Source of the DNA: Chiloscyllium plagiosum
Lineage: Eukaryota
Direction: 5' to 3'
Assembly: GCF_004010195.1 (NCBI RefSeq)
Contig: NC_057754.1
Coordinates: 279,012-308,593 of the forward strand
Length of the DNA stretch: 29,582 nt
Part shown: one piece after another, positions 20,849 to 29,582 of the stretch
Position numbering within the stretch: the first letter of the stretch is position 1
Layout: every line of letters starts with the position of its first letter
The notes under the pieces: model-generated
The model's input: the letters and a program-made list of their open reading frames with translations, nothing else
Told to the model about the DNA's origin: nothing
Databases searched by the model: none
Program-made: the position numbers and the translations under genes

Positions 20849-23059
20849 CTAATATCTGGAATGAGCAGAGATAGAAATATTGGATAGGCTAGGCTTGTAT
20901 CTGCTGCAGCTTAGAACAATGAGAAGCAACTTGTTGAAGATTATAGCATCCGGAGGGGTCTCGACAGGATCAATGAAGGGAAGATCATTCCTCTTGTGAG
21001 AGAATCTAGAACTCGAGGTTTAGTAACTGTTTAAAAATTATGGGGTTACCCATTTAATACAGATCAGAGGCAAAAATATTTGCTCACAGAGGAAACTGAA
21101 TTGAATTTATTGTCACATGTGCATCTTTAGCCCGAACTTTTCCCAAAAAGGCAATGGAAACTGAGTCTTTGAACATTTTTCAAGTCAGGAGGCAAATAAG
21201 GGTATCAGAGGTAGGCAGCAATGCAGATTTCAGGTTACAATCAGATCAGCCATATGTTTACATGTTCCCACCTTGCTATGTATTGTGGCTTCTCCTTACA
21301 ATACTGGGTACTGTCTTAACCACATACAATCTTGGTTGTAGAATTTTTTCCCAATAATTCCTCCTTTTCACTGTTGGTCTCTTACATGTACACCTTGTCA
21401 GGCTTCAGCTCTGGAAACTTTTTTGTTCAGTGTCTATTGTTTAAAATTGAGCCCACCTGTTTCTTCATTCTTCTTCTTTTACTATCTTGTGGTTGTTTTA
21501 TGTAATTTAAGGCCTGATGTGTTAGAGATGGAAACTATGTCCTCAATCTCTCAGCAATGCTGATAGTGATAGTTCATTCTGAGGATCAATAACTCAACAG
21601 AACAAGATTTCGGTCTTTATTTCTCTTCAATGAAGCTTTAATTGTTCATACCCCTCTCTCAGCCTCAGTTTGCTTGAGGACAGCAAGGTGATTCAAGTCA
21701 TATTCATGTGTGAAATTTTGAAATTTCTCATCAGAAAGTTTGGGGTGCATTGTCTGACATTACTATATCCAGAAACCTATTAATGGAATAAATTCTTTTG
21801 AGGGATTGGATGACTGTAACTGTTGTGATACTATACAAAGTTAACTTCAATGCATTTTAAATAATCAATAACTACACAGAACATTTTTCCCTTAAACACA
21901 AAAGAAATTAATTTCCAGGCACACCCATAGCCTTGATGGAAAGGTGGTAATAAGTTTTCTTTATGTTCAGCACAAGGAACGTAGTTAGAAATCATTTCCT
22001 CAATGGAATGGAGAATACCTAGCCATCAAAGTAATTGTTGCACCCTTGCGTGGCACTTTGTAATCCCCAAATGTCTGATGACATTTATGAAGCCTATCAA
22101 GCTGAAGTGCTCTTCATAGGACTAATTTCTATTGGCTGGACTGTGTGCTTGACTCCTTGCTCAGAGATAAATCCACAAAGATTTTTGAACAGCCTTGGGA
22201 CAGGAATACCTGTATATATTTCTTGTTGGCATGGTAACCAGTGAAAGAACTCCTTGTCGGTGAATCTTTTTGATTTCAGCTTTAACTGAAGTGTGCAGGC
22301 GACTTTCCTCAGCATGAATAAGCAGATCAATTTAGCATTGGGTGATGTGAGATTGTGTCTTCAGTTTGCCCAATCCTGACAACAGTTTTGGGAATTCACT
22401 TTAAAATTAAGTCATTTTTAGCATCAGCAATCTCAACAACCTTACAGGCCCACCTCAGCTCCAAACATTCCTTAAGGGTCTGAATGGTAGCATTTCTTCT
22501 TTAATATTTGTACTTAACCAAGCACTGGCCTTTACCTTTTAATGAAGTTGGAATTTGATCACTAATAGTGGAAACTGAATTTGCTTGAGCCATTTTAGTT
22601 GCGCCCGTAATATGGAAATGATGGCTCCTGTACCTAATCGTGAGATGTCTATGTGCTTCTAGTTTAAAACTAGAATATTTGCTTTCAGTGTCATTTTTTT
22701 TCACAAAAGAATTTGATAATTTTTTTGTCGTTTTTCAACCCTCTTGTATGGAGCATTAATTTAAGAATTTCTCCCATTATTTTCCATTGTTTGCATTTTA
22801 AAACAAACTGCTTTAAAATGACCCACTTTTCCACAGCTGAGGCACACTGCATCTGTTTGTGAGGCTTGTTCGTGCTACACCAGAGGCATTATAAAATAGT
22901 GAGTGACATGCTTTTTCCTGTTTCAGCAGGTTCAGAATTACATGCACTTTCTCCTTTGGGGGCTTAGAATGGGCCATCAATTTTCCTTCTAAAGTATACT
23001 GAATTCTGTTAAGTTCAGTTTGCCTCATAATTTAACCACATTCTCCAGAACTAAATGGT

Positions 23060-24319
23060 TTAGATGAGAATATAGAAGGCATGGTTAGTAAGTTTGCAGA
23101 TGACATCAAGTTTGGTGGTATAATGCACAGTGAAGAAGGTTATCGACAATTACAAAGAGATTTTGATCAATTGGGTCAATGGGCTGAGCACTGGCAGATG
23201 GAGTTTAGATTAGATTCCATACAGTATGGAAACATGCCATTTGGCCTGACAAGACCACACCGGCCCTCCGAAGAGTAAAACACGCAAAGCCATTCCCCTA
23301 CATTTACCCCTGACTAATGCACTTAACACTATGAGCAATTTAGCATGGCAAATTCACACTAACCTGCACATCTTTGGATTGTGGGAGGAAATCAGAACAC
23401 CCGGAGGAAACCCACGCAGACACGGGGAGAATGTGCACACTCCACACAGACAGTGGCCCGAGGGTGGAATCGAACCCACGGCGCGGACAGGCAGCAATGC
23501 TAACCACTGAGCCACCATGCCACCCAATTTGCAATTTGGACAAATGCAAAGTATTGCATTTTGGTAAAACAAACAAAGGCAGGATTTATACAATTAAAAG
23601 TAGGGCCTTGAGCAGTGTTGTAGAACAGTGAGATCTAGGGGTTCAGGTACATAACTCTTTGAAGTTTGCATCACCTATAGATGGGTGATTAAGGCAGCAC
23701 TAAGAACACTTGCTTTTATTGCTCACACCTTTCAGTATGGAAGTTAGGATGTCATATTGAGGTTGTACAGGACGTTGGTGAGACCTTGCCTTGAATACTA
23801 TGTCCAGTTCGGGATGCCCTGCTATAGGAAGAATACGATTAAGCTGAAGAGGGATCAGAAGAGATTTACCAGGATATTGCTCGGAACGGAGGTTTGAGTA
23901 ATGGGGAGAGGCTGGGACTTGTTTCACTGGAGCATAGGAGGTTGAGAGGTGACCTTATAGAGATTTATAAAATAACGAGAGGTACAGATGAGGTGAATGG
24001 CAGGTATCCTTTCCCTAGGGTGGGGAATTTCAAGACTAAGGGGCATATTTAAAGTGAGAGGAGAAAGATTTAAAGACGAGGGGCAAACTTTTTTTACACC
24101 AAGTGTGGTTCGAGTGTGGAATGTACTGCCAGAAGAAATAGTGGATGAGAGTACATTTACAATGGTTAAAAGATATTTAACTAAGTACATGAATAGGAAA
24201 GGTTTGGAGGGATATGGGCCAAATGCAGACAGATTGGACTAGTTTAGTTTGGGATTATGGTCAGCATGGACTAGTTGGACTGAATGGTCTGTTTCCGTAC
24301 TGTCTAATTATGAATGCAT
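23060..24319 (+). mobile_element. 5'-truncated CR1 LINE, interrupted by an antisense V-SINE
   Basis: MVSKFADDIKFGG...WQMEF | NLDKCKVLHFGK; FFTPSVVRVWNVLP; tail GGACTGAATGGTCTGTTTCCGTACTGT. Confidence 0.9.
23207..23525 (-). mobile_element. HE1-like V-SINE
   Basis: Reverse complement starts GGGTGGCATGGTGGCTCAGTGGTTAGCATTGCTGCC, with B box GGTTCGATTCC, V domain and (AATCT)n tail; homologous to 379-690. Confidence 0.9.
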
Positions 24320-25623
24320 AAACCATTTCCCGGCTATGATTTGTCACTTGCCTCCCAAACAACAATCCAGTTTGGAAATCAACTCTGTCTTCAAACCTTC
24401 CAAAGTGCAGTTCTCTGCCAGCCTATTGAGGTCATTTCAATAACATTTCCATGCTTTCGCCTGGCCTTTGCTTCTGTCAATTAAACTTTGCCCGTTCAAA
24501 ATTTAAATTCTGACAAACAAGGAAATGCAAGTCAAATGCATAGAACGCTCCTTCAGAGGAAGCTGTAGTCTCATCAACTCCCTTGCTAACACCTTATTAG
24601 CAATACTGCCCACTGTAATGTACTAACCTGGCATCCCCTATTTAAGTTTGAAGCAGTTCAGTACCTGGTGAACCTTGTCTTCCATTCCTAGGCCTGGTGT
24701 GGTCCTTAAATTGCCTGGCATGTTTCTAGAAATGCCGGATTAGCTTCCACGCTTCCCCTGAAACCTCGAGTTCTCCTTACACTGCCCCACCATTCGCAGC
24801 TTTGAGTCTTTGCGAACAGCGGTTCTATCGTGGGCATTGCTTTCTAGCTCACTGCTACTGCTCCTGTACAATTTTCCCAACATCTTAGTAAATTCTGTCA
24901 CTTCCTCTTAATTGCCTTACCTTCAAGGTTCTGTTGGTTTTGCCATTTATTTTGGCCTCCTCCAATACCTCCGTATTATCTATGAATGCTTCAGATATTA
25001 AACTTATTATAACCGCCCCCTCCCCCCAAGTCTTTGTCCCAATCATATTCGAACTCTATTCACTTGATACATCAGTGGTTCAACTAGAAGGCAAGTAAAA
25101 GATAAGCACTAAATACTGGCATTACCAGTGACAGAATGGATTTTAAACATACATGCATCATTCAAGCTTATAAAAATCACTCACGTAAGATTAACTGTGA
25201 TTTGCAGCAAACACCATGAGGCACTCAGTGATTAATCCTTAGGCATAGTCACTTGGGGTGCTGGGACTTCCTGTCATTATTTAATGGTCCATCCTCAGCA
25301 AATAAAAGCTTATGATTAACCATTCTCAACTGCATACACACAGAGTCTTCACTGCACGTGGGCAGGTCATGAACTACAACATACATAGTTATTGCCACAA
25401 GAGCCAGCCTCTAGCACCTACTTACATATTCTGTGCTCTTTTGTAGAAACCAGGCATTGGATTTCATTAAAATATTCTTAGTTTGTTCTTTTGACATTGA
25501 TCCAAACACCAGTTGCTCTTCTGTAATGCATCAATTAACTACGAGCGTGCGTATCTCCCAGCTAATATACCATATAAGGCGACACTGTGAAGGGCCCTCC
25601 ATTCCATCACCCCCTGCACAAGG

Positions 25624-27245
25624 CCATAAGACAAAGGAGCAGAAGTAGGCCAATTGGCCCAGTTTGGCCTGCTATTTCATAAAACGGCTCATCTGATAAT
25701 CCTCAACTCCATTTTCCTGCTTTTTTGCCATAGCCCTTTATTTCCTTACTGATTAAAAATCTTATCAATCGCAGCCTTGATTGTCGTTAATGGCCCAGCC
25801 TTGACTGCAGTCTGCAGTATATAATTCCACAGATTCACTACCCTCTGGGAGAAGGAATTCCTCATCTCTGTCTTAAATGGGTGACCCCCTTATTCGGAGA
25901 CCACACCATTGGTCATATACTCTCCCAGAAGGTGAAACAAAACTCTACACCTGTCAAGCCCCCAAGATTCTTGTATGTTTCACTAAGGTCTCCTCTCATT
26001 CTTGTAAGCTCTAACGAGTACCAAGTCCAAGCTACTCAACCTCAGAAGAAAATTCCTCCACATCTGGTATCAGCATATTGAACCTTCTCTGGACTGTCTC
26101 CAATATCAGGACATCTTTCCATAGATAATGGTCCCAAAACCATTCAGAGGATTCTACCTTGGTCTGACTCGCATTTTGTATAGTTTTAGCACAACCTTTC
26201 TATTTTTATACACTTTGAAATAAGATCCAAAATTCCATTTGTCTTTCTTATTACCCACTGAATTTGGATGCTGGCTTTTTGACATTGATGCATAAGGACC
26301 CCCCAAATGCCTTTGTACTGCAGCTTTCTGTAGTTTTCCTCCTCCCCACCACTGAAATAATAGTCAACTCTTCTATTCTTCCTGCATAAGTGCAGAGTCT
26401 CACTTTTTCCATTCTAATGCATCCGCCAATTTTTTGCCAAATCAATTCATCTGTCTATACCCCTCTGTCGACTCTGTTATAGAGTCAGAGAGATGTACAG
26501 CATGGAAACAGACCCTTCGGTCCAACCTGTCCATGTCGAACAGATATCCCAACCCAATCTAGTCCCACCTGCCAGCACCCGGCCCATATCCCTCCAAATC
26601 CTTCCTATTCATATAGCCATCCAAATACCTCTTAACTGTTGCAATTGTACCAGCCTCCACCACTTCCTCTGGCAGCTCATTCCATACACGTACCACCCAC
26701 TGCGTGAAAACGTTGCCTCTTAGGTCTCTTTTAGACCTTTCCACTCACACCCTAAACCTATGCCCTCTAATTCTGGACTCCCCGGCCCCAGCGAAAAGAC
26801 TTTGTCTATTTATCCTATCCATGCCCTTCATAATTTTGTAAACCTCTATTAGGTCACCCCTCAGCCTCCGACACTCCAGGGCGATTTCTACTTATCTTCC
26901 CACCTATTTTTGTCTCGCCTGCAAATCTGGCGATATTACATTCATGGTTCTCATTCAAGTCACGAATAAGTATTCTACGTTATGGTGGCCCCAGCATGAA
27001 TCTGGGGCATGCTACTAGTTATAGACTGCCACCCTGACAGTCTAATTGTAACCCTGTCTTCTATTAGTTATCCAGTTCTCTATCCATGCCAATGTTCTCT
27101 CTCATTGCACTGTTTAATAACAGTATGTGCAGTGTCCTATTGAATGCCTTTTGGAAATCCAAATACACCTCATCAACTGGCTTCCCTTTATCAATCCTGC
27201 TTGCTCCCTCCTTAAAAGGCCCGAACAAATTTGGCAAACAGGTGT
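25624..27245 (-). mobile_element. Old CR1 LINE (RT C-half + 3'UTR), interrupted by a younger CR1 at 26479-26880
   Basis: CCATAAGACAAAGGAGCAGAAGTAGGCC tail in reverse; the reverse complement of about 27140-27180 encodes VDEVYLDFQKAFNR; same family as 209-1910. Confidence 0.8.
26479..26880 (-). mobile_element. Young CR1 3' end
   Basis: ORF 26559-26744 RGNVFTQWVVRVWNELPEEVVEAGTIATVKRYLDGYMNRK; tail GGACCGAAGGGTCTGTTTCCATGCTGTAC. Confidence 0.9.
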
Positions 27246-27507
27246 GAAAGAAGTTGGAGTCACTACATAAGAAAGAGGAGAAGCCATTTTTTTTTGTCTA
27301 CCTGCAGCCCCTGACCCTGAGGCTCAAAATAATGTGGCCTTTCCCCAATTAACTCCACAAAAATAACTGAGAACATCTTCAGGTTGCTATAAGGACTGAC
27401 CTGTTTCATTAACACTTGACAGCGAAGGCAGCTATTCACCTCTGCCTGCACTGACACTGTCCTACATTACACGAGCTACTCAACAATCACTTCAGATCTT
27501 CCATCAT

Positions 27508-28677
27508 CTGGATGTAGGTTTGCTCACTGAGCTGGAAGGTTCATTTCCAGACGTTTCATCACCCTCATAGGTAACATCTTCAGTGGGCCTCAGGCGAAGC
27601 ACTGTACATTGACTCCTACATTCTATTTGTGTGTTTGGGTTTATTTGAGTTGGTGAAGTCATTTCCTGTGGTGATGTCATTTCTTGTCCTTTTTCTCAGG
27701 GAGTGGTAGATGGGGTCTAACTCGATGTGTTTGTTGATAGACTTCCGGTTGGAATGCCATGCTTCTAGGAATTCTCGTGCGTGTCTCTGCTTGGCTTGTC
27801 CTAAGGTAGATGTGTAATCCCAGTCGAAGTGGTGTCCTTCCTTATCTGTATGTAAGGATACTAGTGAGAGAGGGTCATGTCGTTTTGTGACTAGTTGATG
27901 TTCATGTATCCTGGTGGCTAGTTTTCTACCTGTTTGTCCAATGTAGTGCTTTTTACAGTTCTTGCACGGTATTTTGTAAATGATATTAGTTTTGCTTGGT
28001 ATCTGTATAGGGTCTTTCAAGTTCATTAGCTGCTGTTTTACTGTGTTGGTGGGTTTGTGGGCTACCATGATGCCCAGGGGTCTGAGTAGTCTGGCAGTCA
28101 TTTCAGAGATGTCTTTGATGTAGGGGAGAGTCGCTAGGGTTTCTGGATGCGTTTTATCTGCTTGTTTGGGTTTGTTGCTGAGAAATCAGCGGACTCTGTT
28201 CATTGGGTATCCATTCTTTTTGAATACACTGTATAGGTGATTTTCCTCTGCTCTGCGTAGGTCCTCTGGGCTGCAGTGTGTGTTGGCTCATCAAAATAAT
28301 GTTCTGATGCAGCTTGGTTTGTGAACGTTGGGATAACTGCTTTGCAGTTCAGTATTTGGTCTGTATGTATTGTTTGCCTGTAGATGCTGGTTTGAAGTTC
28401 CCCATTGGCTGTGCGATCTGCTGCAACGTCTAGGAGTGGCAGTTTGTTGTTGTTTTTCTCCTCTTTAGTGAATTTTATGCCAGTAAGGGTATTATTGATG
28501 GTCTTGAAGGTTTCCTCTAATTTGTTTCGTTTAGTGATGACAAAGGTGTCATCCACGTAGCAGACCCAAAGCTTGGGATGGATGGTTGGCAGGGCTGTTT
28601 GTTGAGTCTCTGCATAACTGCCTCTGCTAAGAACCCGGATATCGGAGAACCCATGGATGTTCCGTTGGTTTGTCTGC
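27508..28677 (-). mobile_element. Penelope-like element (Poseidon-like): RT C-half + GIY-YIG endonuclease + 3' end with hammerhead; pseudogenised
   Basis: RT GTSMGSPIS, LWVCYVDDTF, IKFTKE, LPLLDV; EN NIIYKIPCKNCKKHYIGQTGRKLATRIHEH...REFLEAWH...INKH (ORF 27616-28101). Confidence 0.93.
27547..27586 (-). ncRNA. Minimal type I hammerhead ribozyme in the Penelope 3' terminus
   Basis: Minus strand CCA-CUGAAGA-U-GUUACC(UAUGAG)GGUGAU-GAA-ACGU-C|UGG: stem I CCA/UGG, stem II 6 bp with 2 G.U pairs, palindromic ACGU stem III. Predicted cut between 27550 and 27549. Confidence 0.75.
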
Positions 28678-28812
28678 AAGTACCATGCAAGAACTGTAAC
28701 AAACACTACATTGGACAAACAGGCAGAATACTAGCCACCAGGATAGATGAACACCAACTAGCCACAAAACAACATGACCCTCTCTCACTAGTATCCTTAC
28801 ATACAGATAAGG
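28678..28812 (+). mobile_element. Inverted partial copy of the Penelope GIY-YIG region
   Basis: PCKNCNKHYIGQTGRILATRIDEHQL; reverse complement of about 27840-27972, with about 9 substitutions counted by eye. Confidence 0.9.
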
Positions 28813-29494
28813 GATAGCATTACAGCTGTGCTGAGGGAGGATATTCCCGGAAATACATCCAGGGAAGTTATTTGGGTGGAACTGAGAAATAAGAAAGGGA
28901 TGGTCACCTTATTTAGATTGTATTATAGACCCCCCAGTAGTCAGAGGGAAATTGAGAAACAAACTTGGAAGGAGATCTCAGCTATCTGTAAGAATAATAG
29001 GGTAGTTATGGTAGGGGATTTTAACTTTCCAAGCATCGACTGGGGCTGCCATAGTGTTAAAGGTTTAGATGGAGAGGAATTTCTTAAGTGTGCACAAGAC
29101 AATTTTCTGATTCAGTATGTGAATGTACCTACTAGAGAAGGTGCAAAACTTGACCTATTCTTGGGAAACAAGGCAGGGCAGGTGACTGAGGTGTCAGTGG
29201 GGGAGCACTTTGGGGCCAGCGACCATAATTCTATTCGTTTTAAAGTAGTGATGGAAAAGGATAGACCAGGTCTAAAAGTTGATGTTCTAAATTGGAGAAA
29301 GGCCAATTTTGACGGTATTAGGCAAGAACTTTCGAAAGCCAATTGGAGGCAGATGTTCGCAGGTAAAGGGACGGCTGGAAAATGGGAAGCCTTCAGAAAT
29401 GAGATAACAAGAATCCAGAGAAAGTACATTCCTGTCAAGGTGAAAGGGAAGGCTGGTAGGTATAGGGAATGCTGGATGACTAAAGAAATTGAGG
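28810..29494 (+). mobile_element. CR1 ORF2 endonuclease region (5'-truncated, open frame)
   Basis: ORF 28828-29571: IWVELRN, LYYRPP, VGDFNFP, LDLFL, SDHN, WMTKEIE. Confidence 0.92.
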
Positions 29495-29582
29495 TGAAAA
29501 ATGTGTTGCTGGAAAAGCGCAGCAGGTCAGGCAGCATCCAAGGAGCAGGAGAATCGACGTTTCGGGCATAAGCCCTTCTCCT
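29495..29582 (-). mobile_element. Penelope-terminus mini-insert with partial hammerhead, running off the window edge
   Basis: Near-identical to 10494-10577. Minus strand AGAA-GGGC(UUAU)GCCC-GAAACGUC (29556-29579), with CUGA replaced at a junction. Confidence 0.85.

Larger units (their letters stand above)
13270..21265 (+). mobile_element. Ancient near-full-length CR1 LINE in four pieces: ORF1 esterase and ORF2 start (13270-14274), EN (14808-15290), RT (17075-18012), C-terminus/3'UTR (20849-21265)
   Basis: ORF1 remnants NRFEVL, MVRGVDTIL, RQLRCLPSA, DGLHLNHAG (about 13912-13938). ORF2 remnants KSLYL, TMTETWL rejoined across 14274/14812, PDRLYPKVLKEV...ALVLIFQN, and EAAQRRFTI|LISGM rejoined across 18012/20849. 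Confidence 0.78.
21400..24720 (-). mobile_element. Ancient Gypsy LTR-retrotransposon internal region (gag-PR-RT start // integrase), split by the CR1 at about 23060-24319
   Basis: Manual minus-strand translation gives gag EWKTRFTRY, FERAKFN (24480-24500), DLNRLAENC; knuckle CLSCGKVGHFKAVC (22803-22844); RT start EFPKLLSGLGKLKT (about 22357-22397), QGVLSLVT, KIFVDL; integrase HLGITKCHAR (about 22044-22073), VVIDY, DIVMSDNAP (about 21743-21769), EAERGV. Confidence 0.82.

Noticed and set aside
24781..24795. ACTGCCCCACCA as primer-binding site of the old Gypsy (TGGTGGGGCAGT on the minus strand)
   Set aside because: Position is plausible, but the match is degenerate and I found no adjoining LTR or partner LTR.
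28828..29571. 247-aa ORF as a novel fusion protein
   Set aside because: It is a CR1 endonuclease region reading by chance into the Penelope mini-insert after WMTKEIE, with no true ATG start.
1..29582. CRISPR array, retron or other prokaryotic system built around the reverse transcriptases
   Set aside because: No regularly spaced repeats or operon structure; all RTs are CR1, L2, Gypsy or Penelope types in vertebrate DNA.

Overview
Eukaryotic, repeat-dense vertebrate DNA, almost certainly from a shark. The V-domain HE1-like SINEs with (AATCT)n tails, Deu-domain SINEs, abundant CR1 LINEs and Penelope termini resemble carpet/bamboo-shark genomes; this taxon call is an inference. No host protein-coding exon can be supported with confidence, so the window looks intronic or intergenic. 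Nearly all long ORFs are decayed retroelement ORFs or their antisense shadows. Contents: many CR1 LINE fragments, including an ancient near-full-length CR1 (ORF1 esterase plus ORF2, ~13270-21265) split by three younger CR1s; L2 fragments; three HE1/V-SINEs; three DeuSINE (SacSINE1/AmnSINE-like) copies; two Gypsy relics (a SCAN-like gag, and an ancient gag-pol on the minus strand that the ORF track misses); and a Penelope-like element (RT + GIY-YIG) with an inverted partial repeat. The most notable signal is six loci carrying a minimal hammerhead-ribozyme motif (CUGAAGA-N-stemII-GAAACGUH): two with an intact core (27547-27586 and 10553-10580, minus strand) and four decayed or truncated. Four of the six sit in short (90-200 bp), often palindromic, ORF-less inserts whose breakpoints fall at the 5' edge of the ribozyme, and two of these have 15-16 bp target-site duplications. 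A dense transcription-factor motif cluster at 9180-9340 is a candidate promoter or enhancer.
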